Origin: Paragordius varius
Taxonomy: Eukaryota > Animalia > Nematomorpha
Assembly: GCA_964247055.1 (NCBI GenBank)
Contig: OZ176053.1
Span: 6,386,001 to 6,450,000, forward strand
Reading direction: 5' to 3'
DNA length: 64,000 nt
Shown here: piece by piece, positions 28,187 through 40,600 of the stretch
Numbering within the stretch: the stretch's first letter is position 1
Layout: every line of letters begins with the position of its first letter
The notes under the pieces: model-generated
What the model saw: only the letters and a program-made list of their open reading frames with translations
Told to the model about the DNA's origin: nothing
Database searches by the model: none
Program-made: the position numbers and the translations under genes

Positions 28187-29058
28187 CACGCAACTATAAA
28201 AATTGCGATACCCTTATTCAATATTTAATTATCATTTTATGAATTTCGATCAAATGTAAGCGCTTAAAACAGCATATAGTATTACTTTTATTTTCTCGAT
28301 ATATATTGGAATATTTTAGCTTATGTGCCATTTTTATTTCAATTATCTTTTTTAAAACAGACATCACATATTCCCAAAATTATTTAATGCACTTGTGATA
28401 ACCCTGTGTTTATTATGTTAGCAATTTATATATTTTAATTTTTCATTTTCTATTTCGCCGATGGTTTTGGTTTCACCAATCGAGCGCATTATATTTATAA
28501 AACAACACTGCCTTTAAACTAATTAAAAATGGGTGTCGGACAATTATTAAATCTTAAAAATTTTATCATTGGATCAATAATATTTATATCGTAAAATTGT
28601 AAACGCCCAAAAAGGTTTTATGCAGATATCCCATTAAAATTATATTGATTCAACATTTTTTACTCTAGATCAATATATGACTTTAATTTTTATCTCCCAA
28701 CGTATTATATGTCCACCCTATTTCGGTGTCATTTAAAATGCCTAGAATACAACATAATTGGCTTGCTACGATAGTAAAAATATATCAATATATCACAACT
28801 TTATTTGTCATATAATTAATTAAGTTACTTATTATTACACACATATAAAAAATAAATTGAGTTTTTTTATCCTTTTATTTGTAAAAAAGTAGTTAATCGA
28901 TAATACTGATATAAAAACATTAACAATAATTAATTTGGTAAAAATTTTGTAGATTTACATTACATTGAATATCAATATATTGCAATGGTAAAAAAATTAT
29001 ATAACGTTAGTAGTTGAATATATGATATTATGGGTTAAGAAAAAAAAATGTAAAAGTC

Positions 29059-31486
29059 TTATGAAGTTTTTTTGGTGTATCCAATCACATTATAAGCGTT
29101 AACATGCATATGCTTCCGATCGCGCCATAACCATTTGTTGAGAAAGCGTCCAAGTATTGCCAGAGAAACGTAGAAAGCAAATACGACTACCAAAAATAGC
29201 ATTATTTCAAACGAACTTAAAACGTAAAAAATGGGATAAACCCATATATCCCCGGCGTATCTAACCCAAAACAACCTGCATAAATAAATATATATTAATT
29301 TTTAGGTTTTTTTGTATTTTATAGATAAGTAACTTTTTAGATGACTATGTCATTTCGAATCTATAAGAGTTGCTGGTAAAACGTCTTGAAAAAAACAAAA
29401 TGCAAAAAATGTGCAAACAACTTTTTTAATGGAGCTTATGATCATTAGGCATGGCTAAATATGTACAATCTTTAACCAAAAAAACCATGTTATCAGTTAT
29501 AATAATTTTTGTTTTTATATTTTATATATTGTATTTGTTTAAAAATCAATATTTATGCTTATAAAACAGGCTTAAAATTCATTTTAAAAATTTGCCCATT
29601 TAAATTAAATAGTGACAAATATAATATAATTGAGCATTATTGGTAAAAAACAGACTACTAATCAAAAATATGGATAAACAATTCAAACAAAGCATTCAAA
29701 GTAGTCTAAATCAAATGCCCAAATTTTATTTCCGTAAAACTAAACTCCCAAAATATATCAAACGAACAGATAATAAATGAGAGGTCACCAAAAAATATAG
29801 GGCCATATAAATAAATATTATTTTCAACGTTTCATCCTACAGTGTGGAACATTAAAAGGAAAATACGCTAACTGGCAGAAAATTTTAATTACACAATAAT
29901 TATAAAACGATTATTAAAACCAATTATAATATATTACAGATTAGAATTTTGAATGATTATGATAAATAAAAACGAATTGTCTTTTGCTTATTATAATTAT
30001 GTTTTTATATAAACAAAATAATAACTAACCGTTAAGTTATAATCCAATATACATGTAGCGTCAATAAATAAATACATATGTCGAAAAATTGTGGTCTGTA
30101 AACTATTTTCGCCATATTAGATTTAATCATGACTCCAGGCATTTCATTTGGGCAAAGATTTTATATTATTTTAAAGGGAGAAACCGAATTAAAATAGGAT
30201 GAAAATATCAAATTATTTAACTTAAATTTGGTGAAGATCAAGGAAATTTGGGTAGGACAGATATATATTGGTAAAAAGATGTTTAATGAAATTAGTATTA
30301 GTATATAATTGTGCTGCGAGGCGCATGCTGGTCACGGCCGCAGAGTGTTTCACTAGTTAAACCTTAGATTAAATAAGAATATTTATTTGCGACCTAAAAT
30401 TATCTCTGGGGTTACAAATTATCATGTCAAAGGTGCAGCAGTTTAAGCACGCTAATCATTCTATTTAAAAGTGCCCCTCAATGTAAAAGTCAAAATGAAC
30501 CGAACATTTCTACGCCAATAGAAAAAACGGCATTATAATGTTTCATTATGAGCTTGCAAAGACAGAAAATTATCAAGGAGACTACTTAATGAAAAGACTC
30601 CACATGAGGAAAAAAGCTAAACTGATTGACTGTAAACCATAAAATTCCCATTTTTACAGGATGTGGGCTGAATATAGGGGCAAATTCAAAAAGGATACAA
30701 CTATGATTGGCGCATTAACACTGAAAAACAAGCTATTACCAAATTAGAGACCTACATGCTATCCAGAAAATTATTTTAAGGCTAACATATTAATTATACT
30801 TCAATAGTTATCTAACATAGTATATCAACATAAGGTCCCCGTTATTTAAAAATTAAAATAAAAAATCAACATATAATTCCAATTCATATAAATTTTAAAA
30901 AGATTTAAGACTTACCATGCATAATATACAGATATAAATCCAACCAAGTGGTTAAATGATTTTTTAAAAGATGAATAATGATGTCTTGTTAAATATGAAT
31001 CTATTAGTAAAAATGTCACCGGGCATGTGTGCTAAAAAATTAATTTATGTTTACTAGAATATTATTATGCCAGAAAGGAATGTATGCATCCATGTATTCG
31101 GGGTAAACAAGTTCTCTGTTTATAAAATATAGAATCCAAAAAAGTAATGATACAATCTATCAATATATGGTAATAATACAGTTCCCAACGGAAAACATAT
31201 TGTGTCATATAAATAATCTCGAACACCTATTAGTCTAAACTCTTTTTTCCAGTGAAAAAATGAAAATACATCACTAAGCATCGCAATAGTAAAATATATT
31301 AGTTGAAGATGCTAAATTATATAAAATCTTTACCAAACACCATATTGTTAAATATTTATAATCACCGGCATAAGTCCTTTTTGAGGGCACATCTATCACA
31401 AAGATATGAAAATAAAGATCACATAAGTAAAGGATGAAAACAGTAGAATGAAAAATAAATTGTAAAAAGCTGAGGCTCGAAAACAT
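29059..31486 (-). CDS. AIG1: AIG1/ADTRP-family multipass FAHFA hydrolase, 5 exons, 239 aa
   Basis: The spliced product has KYLTIWCL-HLQLIYFTIAMLSD, RDYLYDTICFPLGT-IVSLLFWILYFINRELVYP, WHNNIL-HTCP and IWVYP. These align without gaps to AIG1 motifs as I recall them (KFLTFIDLVIQAVFF, RDWMLAVLAFPVGVFVVAVFW, WLNHGMHT, MWVYP). The catalytic Thr and His are retained. Exons (-): 31334-31486, 31180-31311, 31055-31156, 30916-31031, 29059-29275 (720 nt). Confidence 0.9.
31032..31054 (-). other. Ultra-short 23-nt GT-AG intron (AIG1 intron 3)
   Basis: GTAAACATAAATTAATTTTTTAG. Removal puts the catalytic His codon (31029-31031) in frame. Confidence 0.85.
31157..31179 (-). other. Ultra-short 23-nt GT-AG intron (AIG1 intron 2)
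   Basis: GTATTATTACCATATATTGATAG. Removal joins FPLGT to IVSLLFW without a gap. Confidence 0.85.
31312..31333 (-). other. Ultra-short 22-nt GT-AG intron (AIG1 intron 1)
   Basis: GTAAAGATTTTATATAATTTAG. Removal restores the frame; retention gives a stop at 31274-31276. Confidence 0.85.
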
Positions 31487-31604
31487 AGGGGTTTACATAT
31501 ATTAAAAACAGATGTTTTACCAATAATCGCATAACGACATTTATTTTGAGATGCATTTAAGAAATTTTTCTCCGTTTCGTGAGATCATAATGGAGCTTTA
31601 AATA
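31487..31604. promoter_or_regulatory. Putative bidirectional promoter / shared 5' region
   Basis: Only 118 bp separate the divergent ATGs at 31486 (-) and 31605 (+). No specific core motif was identified. Confidence 0.5.
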
Positions 31605-34600
31605 ATGGATTATATGTTGCCGGCAGAAAAATCATCTAGTCGAACAGAAAAATGGATTGAAAATCATTTTTTAAACGGAGAGCATATATTTGATATAACA
31701 TCTGAATTTAATATACTTAAAGTCCAAAACATGAAATCCGACAAAAGAAAAAGATGTTCAAAAGATCCAAATGACAATTCCGAATCATTAACATTACGCC
31801 AGGTAGTTCAGACTGAAACAAGCATCGGTATCAATCGCCCGCCTTTGAATTCTATATCTTACTCTCATGTCATAGATGTTCATAAGAATAACTTACTGAT
31901 TAGCGGGTCAATCTCTAATTCATTATTATCTTTACCCAAAAATAATAATGCGATACAGATGAACCTATCTAAAGATGAACCAATAATAAATAATATATCA
32001 CCCGTATATCCATCCTTACCAAATGATTTCATTAATGAAAATTATTCAGACATTTGGAGAAAGCAGCAAGAGGCTAATCAATTGCAACAAATGCAAATGC
32101 AATGGCTGATGTTTGCATCAGCTATGATGGGGCAGATGCCCGCCAATAATCAAACTGGGTCACAAACACCCTTTTTACCGCATCCGTTAGCAGCAGCGCT
32201 TATGATGCAATATCAATTAGGTCAAATGCCTATCTTACCGTTCGGAGTGCAAATGCAAAACTTTAACCCTTATCATATGTTTGCTAATCAAGATTTATTA
32301 AATAAAAGTAAACAAGCGTGCAATCTTACTTGGTGTACTGTTAACAAGGCTCAACCTTCCATAATATCCAGTGCTCTGCCAGCTTCTATAGCACCAATGC
32401 CTATCCCATCAACTTCCATTGCCAGACGTATTACAATTGATCAAAACAACCAAATGAATACGAGTGCTCCCACTCCAAAATCGATTGCATTTTTAGCTAA
32501 TCCTGATGAAGGCGATTCTGTTGTTAGGGGATATTCGAGAACATCTAATTATTCTTTAGCTAATAATAATGAAACTTTGGCACAAAAAATAAATAATACA
32601 AATGATCAATCTTTTCTTTTTCGTAAAAAGAGTTGCGATAGTCACTGTGAGAATCAACAACAATCATCATACAGGTATTGGGATCCTGCCAAAAAGTGTT
32701 GCACTATCAACAATAATTATTTCGATTACAAAGATGGACAAAAGCAAACTATTGAATCAAATCAAAATGAAAAATTTGATGGTTTGATTCATGATAAAAC
32801 GTGCGCTAATCATTTGAGCAAATTATTATCGTCTGCTATTTCATCATCTCAAATTCATACACCTGCATCTATAGATGGTAACCAATATAACCATCATAAT
32901 GATAAAGTAACGGAATTATAATTTTTGATTCATTTATATATTTGATTATTTTTCATCTCAAAATTAAAAGTGTTTATTTTAAGATACGATTGAATCAAAT
33001 TCGGTCAAATATGGTTAAAAATATTATTTTAAATATTGTGGTATCTCAGCATATTTGAAACATCGCAGAATTATTTTTTACGTTTTTAGTTTTAAATCAA
33101 TACAATGAAAGACTCAAATTGCTTAAAATCGTTTTAGCTCTGTTTGATATTGCGGCTGACCTAACTTTTATAATCGACCTTTCTCGGAATTACCAACATT
33201 ATATCATATTTCTAACTTCAATGTCTGGTTTTCAAATCTTTTTTTAAATAAATAACTTAAGCTTTGAAAAGACCCTTGTTGGTTTTGTTTAAATAAATAT
33301 ATTTTTATAAACCCAATATATAAATGACCAACGTTATTGTTGTTAAATGATGAATAAATTCGAAATCAAATCCTGAGATTCAACCAGATCCGCAAAAAGT
33401 ATAAGTGGTTGGATAAATTTGAAAGAACTAAGCGGCTACAGTTTATAACTGCTTTAGAACCGTTTTGATTTTTTAGTTACTGGTTTAGCACTGAAAATAT
33501 TAAAAACCAGAATCAAAACCGGTTGCGATATTTTTATATGCTTTATAACCAGTATCGTAAGATTATCGATTGCTATCGGCTATCGATATACGGAATTTTG
33601 GACGGTAAAACGTAGCCTGTTTTAAATAACATATAAAAAATATTATGGCAATCAATTATAACATATGGCAATAATATTTGACATTTATAAACGAACGCCC
33701 TATCCCAACAAAAAAATGATTTATATAGTTTGAAAAAATTTAACGTCATCGACGATACAAATTTACCCTTCAACATTTTGAACTCGCTTTTTAATATTTT
33801 TAAACACAATAATTTATGCGTTTGTCGGCATAGCTTACTTTAGACCATTTTAACGGTTATAAAAATCGATGTATACTTTTAAATGCGAACAATAAAATCG
33901 AAAAATCTCGATGACAAGTACTAAAATGCTTACTAAAATAATATGTTATAGCTAATATCCCCTTACATATTCTAATTTATATATATATAAAAAAATATAT
34001 TTATTTAAATTTGCTTTTTTTGTTTTATTGACCATAACGAAATCATACTTTAATTTTAGACTTTATAACAAATTATAACTAATAATATGGCTCTTAACTA
34101 TGTATATTTTATAGTTTTACTATCTTAAGCTAAAAAAATTATTTGCGATTTTTATAAATGGATGTTAAAAACACAATTGATTTCTATCAAAGATATAACA
34201 TTCTCAATAAAACAAACATTTTACTGATGCTACTACAATCGAATCATTTTATGTAATTTTTATTTTGTTTTATATATATTATGTAGAAAAACATATTTTT
34301 TATGTAACTCTTGTAAACGATATAAGCAGTACTATAGTGTATAGTGGTTGTTGGTTAGTTTAATGATGATAAAAAAATAAAATGGATTTTTTTTTCGTTG
34401 ATATATAGAGTAGCCAGTCTGCCAGTCTTCATTTTATGTAATATGTACATTCAAGTGATTGTACATAGTAGTGACTTTTGTATTCATTTTATGCAATGTA
34501 TAAACTTAACACACATACACATATTGTATAAAAAAATTTTATACTGTAATGTACAAATCAAGTCTGACAATATTACATAATTATGGATGCAGCAGTATGA

Positions 34601-37600
34601 TGGCATCTATCATTAATTGCCTTAAAAAAAATTTTAGTTTAATTATATGTAAAACCATTTTTAGTTCTATCAATCTCTAATCAATTAATCTTTAATCTTA
34701 TATGAATGTTGAGTTACGATTTTTGTTAGTTTGTTGACCATCTAAAAAAATTTTACCTTTTTTATGATACTATGAAAAAGCCAAAAACAATCTGAAAAAG
34801 GTTTTTTTTTATGAAAAAATGTTTTAAAATTTTAATTTATATAACAAATAATCCAATAATTGTGTGTACAATATCATTTTTTTGTAGCGTATGTATGGTT
34901 AAATATTTTAACACTATTTTATGAGCAGATTAGTTTGCCATACGCTCGCTGGTTTCTACTTTGCTTTATTTTTTCCGATTAGTAAAAATGCAAATATAGG
35001 TAAAATTAAAAAATAGCTTTTTTTCTAAAACGTCGTTGATCGTAAAAATTGTTTGTTGTAAAGCGCGTGTGAGTGAATTTGTTTTTGTATACTAATCTAA
35101 TTTATATTTTTTACTCTGTCGGACGACTGAATGACGACACCCCTACCTTTTATATAATTATGTCGCCACTGTCAATACTATGTGGTAGACTATTATGTCT
35201 ACAAAACATTTTATTTTTTAATTTGATTTAGAGGTATTTAATAATTTTTTTAAATAAAAAATATGCAAATAGCATTAGGTATTACAATAAAAATCAAATT
35301 TTATTATGCTTAAAGAAGAACAAGGATTTTAAATTTTCATGTAATCTTATATATTGATTTGCGTTTTTTTTTATTCTTTATTGGTATTCAGGAGATTATT
35401 TTACACATTGGTTATATTTTTATGATAAATTTTATTTTAACGACCTATTTCCTTTTTAGAAAAATGCTAAATTAACATTTTTGACTTTTTGGAAATGTCA
35501 TATTTGTAATTTATCATCTCACTATATTGTTTGCCAATAAAAATAGTCCCTTTTTATCATAACGTCTAGTATAGATCACATTTATATTAAAAAATATTGT
35601 AATCTCTTATGGTGTAAAAGAAATCACCGCCACATATAGAATAACATTTGTCCGGTTCGCCCCCTTACATTTTCATTTTATACAATGTTAAAAATTCCCT
35701 AGTACAAATATAATTGAAATTATTTAGCTAACATATTGCATGTATATAAAAAAGGGGTAATCCCCAAAAATATTGCGTAAATAATATGTAAAAAATGGCA
35801 GCAAATAATTAAGTAATTTTTTTCATTAATAAAAATGATATTAATTATATAATATCTATACATTTCAAAACTTATTCTTTTAACACTCTCTGACCTTTTG
35901 GGGTTTTATATCGCAAAGCGATTTGAAATTTGAATATCAAAAATATTTAAGGTATTAAGCCGAATTTAAAAATTGGCTTTCTTTAGCCTTTTAGGCGCAT
36001 TATATAATTTTTTTTTCAGAAATATAAAATTGTAAAAAACCCTTATCTTAAACTTTTTTGTCGCCATTTTTTTATAAAATGAATTAGCTAATGCAATAGG
36101 CAAAAAATGTATATTATGGTTAAAAAATGTTAATAATTAATTTATCAGCAAAAATTTGCTATATTTATATTTTAATATAAGCTGTTCGTTTTAATCTTGT
36201 TTTGGAGCTGTACCAACTACACTCTAGAAGTCACATAACTATAAAAATATAAGTTTTTTTATCTAATACATGAGAACAATGTTTGATAATTAAATTTAAC
36301 TAAAATAACTTTCGAAACTGTAGTCTATTTACAAAATTGAGCTTAGGGACATAAAACTACTCCAATATGTTAACCAGCACGAAAAAATGAAAAGGTCATA
36401 AGTGTTTAAAATTTTAGCTTAAAATAAATGATATATTTAAATAGATAAGATGGCTGTCAAATTTTAATTTTAAATACATATGGTTCCAAAGCCATAATTA
36501 TAACATTCATACTATTTTTAGGCATTTATTCATTTTGTAACATATATTCTAATTATTTTTAAGGTTGTTAAACTATCACCAAAATCATGCATGACAAATA
36601 AGTTGTCACGGTCCCCCACCTCTCCACAAAGTAAATATTTTTATTAGATTAGATGTTTTATTTAAAATCAAAAAATTATATCATTAATTTAAATAGTAGT
36701 GAAAAAATTATTTGTTTACAACTATTGAAAGAATTTTGTAATACTTGATTTACACATAAAATTTAAAATACCTACCTTTTTCTAAATATATAATTGATTA
36801 TATGACTCATCATTTTTTTATATAATGTTTCGCCCAAAACTATAAATTGTTAAAATATGTTAATCGGCAAAGCCATAATAATGTTAATCTTGCTATAAAT
36901 TTAAAAAATACCTTTTCCGATATTTTTATATAATTAAAACGACCGTTAATTTATTATTTTATAATCTTCGTTGGATTGTCTCATTTATAACTTAATTTAA
37001 ATTATTGCAATAACTTTCAAAACAATGTAATTATTATTTATTATACATATATTAACATTTTGGATACTTTCATCAATTTGAATGACAAATGATTTATATT
37101 GTTATTATACAAAGTGATTACAAATATTATCCACCCCTCATATTATGTTATTTTATAATTCCTAGCTATTCTACCTTTGGGCAAAAAAATGAAATTTTAT
37201 GGTTCAACCGGTTCACAAGATTCATTAACTCTTTCCCGCGTTTGTCAAATGCAAAAAGAAATAATGTCACATCAACCCTCAATTACAGGTCAAAAAATAA
37301 GGAGCGGGATGGGTAGTCAGTTGAATTTTAATATTCAAGTATGTATTAACTTTATAATTTTACGATATAATAATAATAATAATATATCCGATTACATTTT
37401 ATTCAATGGGTTTTCAACTAATCAATGTTTGAGATTCGATTTAACAACATATATTTAATTTTGATGCTCAATCATTAATTTGTTTTAATCAGCAAAATTT
37501 TTTTATCCTTGTTATTCGACAGCTCTTATTGACATTTCGGTTTTTAAATGGCTAAAACATGTAATTTAGGTGTATAAAATTTTTCAATTTTTAGTTAAAT

Positions 37601-40600
37601 ATTTGATATAGTTGAAAGAAAAATACAGTGTTCCTATTTCATAAAAAGAAATGTAGTGTTTTAGAAGTAGAATATTAATTCAAAGTTTTATTAAACCATA
37701 TAAAGCAAAATAAATGTATTTTTTCACTATATGAATATATTATTGCAATTATTTTTAATAATTATATAAGGAAATCATAAGCAGACGATTTTGTTAATAT
37801 AACATTAAACGACAAACTCACATGTTGAGTTCGCTAAACACTATCTAATCATCTCCCACCAGTAGATCAAGGCCCTTGAAAGTTATCGTTTGGTAACATA
37901 TTGTGAAACCTGCTCTATTAATTAACATATGTCGGTTTGAAATATTAAAATTTTTTCATGTAAAAGAGTGTCTCTCTGGTAGACCCCTGAACTGCGAACG
38001 CTAAGTGCCACAGTTATGATAACCCAACTCAAACTTAACAATTGGCAGAATCATTACATTCATTACAAAAAACAATAAATGTCTACTAGCTATGGGAAAG
38101 ATGTAAACTTATTTGGGTCCCACACAATTTGAATGAACATCAAATCGAAAATCGCAAAGTGATTTGTGAAATCTTAGTTCAACGTCACAAAAAGAAATCA
38201 TTTTCGCATTGAATTGGGAGTGATGAGAAATGACTTATTTTGTAAATCCAAATGAAAAAATCGCGGCTTTTACATCAAACTATTCCACCTACAACAACGC
38301 CAAATCGTTTCGACAGAAAATCATGCTTTGTGTCTGGTAGGACCAAAGGGGTATTATATAATGAACTTTTGAAGTCTGTGAAATCGTTATTTCACAACAC
38401 TATCGCTAACAAATACATAATTAAAACTCTGCAATATTATAACATATGAGCCAGACATGACAAGTAATTTTGCTACATGACAATGCTTCGTTTCACACAG
38501 CAGAACCATCGAAGACATCTTAAAATCCCTTTGTTGGGAAATTCTTTAGCATCTTAACACTCCTTACCTGGTGCCATCTGACTTACAACTTCGCATCAAT
38601 GTGGCACACCTTCTCCAAGTCACTCCACTAATTTTGAAGACGTTTAAAATTGGTATGGTGAATGGTTTTCCGCAAAGAGAAACAGTTTTTCCAGGCACGG
38701 CATTTATAAACACCTGAGAGATGAGTAAAATGTGTAGAAGCCGATGTACATTGTATAAAATAAAAAATTGATTTTCATTCATTGATACCGAAATCTCAGT
38801 TAAACTTATGATTACACCTCTTAATAGAATCAAATTTATTAATTATTTGAAACTATTTTCTATTAACATAGTAGTTTTTTCAAAACTGCTTTGATTTTCA
38901 TAAAATGTAAAACATGTAATGCGCATAGTTTCTAATAGCAATATTCATAGGGTTCAATAATTAATTCTTGTTACGATTTTTAAATTCCCAAACATCGTGC
39001 TTTGATGATGATGACGGATATCCCTTAGTTTAAACACAAACTTTGGGGCAGTTGGGACACCTCAGACCATAGCGTTCTGTTGTTAAATATCTATGCGTGA
39101 TTTGAATGTTCTGTAATTTTTTGAATCTGATCCATATATACCTATGCCTTCCACGTTTTCTAGCCTCTTCTAGGTCTACCATGGCCGCTTTTTCTATGTT
39201 ATCGAATCTCATCCTTGGCCGAAAAATTTGTTGCAGGGTTGAAAATTTTTCATTTATTAAACACGATGTTTTAAAAAAGGCGCAACAAGAATTAAATACG
39301 CTACATTTTTTATCTTATGAGATACTTAAGCAAATTTTTTTAAAACACCTCTATCAAATGAAAATAGTTACATATATTTAATTTTATATATATTATTTAA
39401 ATATCATTTGCAAAAATATATTCATAGAGCGTAAGAATATTTTTTTTAAATCTTATATTTAGTTAAATTAGATCAATATTATATCTTGATTATTTTTTTA
39501 GGAGAGTAATGGAAAACGTTTGAAAAAGGATGAAGTAATGAGCTACCATTTCCTGAAAGGTAATATATAATTTTTTATATAATATATATTATAGTTCAGT
39601 GAAAAGAAAAGCTTTTTTAATCAAACGCATCATTTTTTCAATTGTCTTTGCTTTAAAAAATGTTGCGTTTGCCTGTGTTTCAAATTATTAGGTGAATGAT
39701 AAGCTATCAGAATTTCAAAACAATCGGGACAGTCAAACGCCATAAAGAAAAAATTAAAAGCCAAACAGCTGATTATATTTTGGATTTATTTTATATTAAC
39801 ATTGTGCTTAACTTTCATATTTGGTTTTTTGAGAAGATCTTGCTAATTTTTTATATTCTAAAATGAAAAAGCTTGACTTATTGCAACTAGTTTAATCATA
39901 TCATTACACGTGACTTAAGCTAAAAAACTATAAGCAGTTGTTTAATTTATGATTTTTGTATTCTTTGTGAAGACCCCCATATTGCCTAATCATTCATTCT
40001 ATCTCAAAAATTGGGTTTTTTAAGAAAATAGGCCCCAAAAATTTAATATATAAAATTACGGTCATATATATTCTTTCTTAATTTTCCCAAAATTTTGTTA
40101 TTTTTTTAGATAATCAAAAATGCACAATCGCCGTTTCCCCCTCAGATAATAATCACAAAGAATCATTTATTTATACTCCACCCTTAAACAATGGTACGGA
40201 AGCCTCGTATTTCCCCATTGGTCTGAAATCACCTGTAAAAACTAACAAACCAACCCTAATTTGTTCTTCAATATTGCCTCAACAAAATGCTGCCCACAAT
40301 ATTAAAAATAATGTGGAAACTAAAATATCTCATCCATTTGATCCCATAGGTTTGAGTATGGCATTTAATGCACCGCCAACACAATTATTGCTTGCACATC
40401 AACAACAGCAATTTATGTTAGCAGCAGCAATGATGGGTAATCCCGGCTTTAACCCTTTAAATCCTAGTGGTAGTTCTGAGCCATCTTTGTTTCCTATGGT
40501 TCCACCTACATCCTTGTCTATGTTCCTTCCTCATCCCCCTTTTGTGAACAACAACACAAATAAGTTGGAGAACAAAAATTACGGCGTTACAGTTACATCA

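Noticed and set aside
29059-31486. Reading the AIG1-like locus as a frameshifted pseudogene or an assembly-error product
   Set aside because: All three frame breaks are bounded by GT and AG, have near-identical lengths, and give gapless homology when removed. The same pattern recurs twice in OCRL.
39030-39212. Minus-strand ORF with MVDLEEA, vaguely like the DLEKAFD motif of a LINE reverse transcriptase
   Set aside because: The similarity is limited to a few residues and no further RT motifs are visible. A tBLASTn against Dfam/Repbase would decide.
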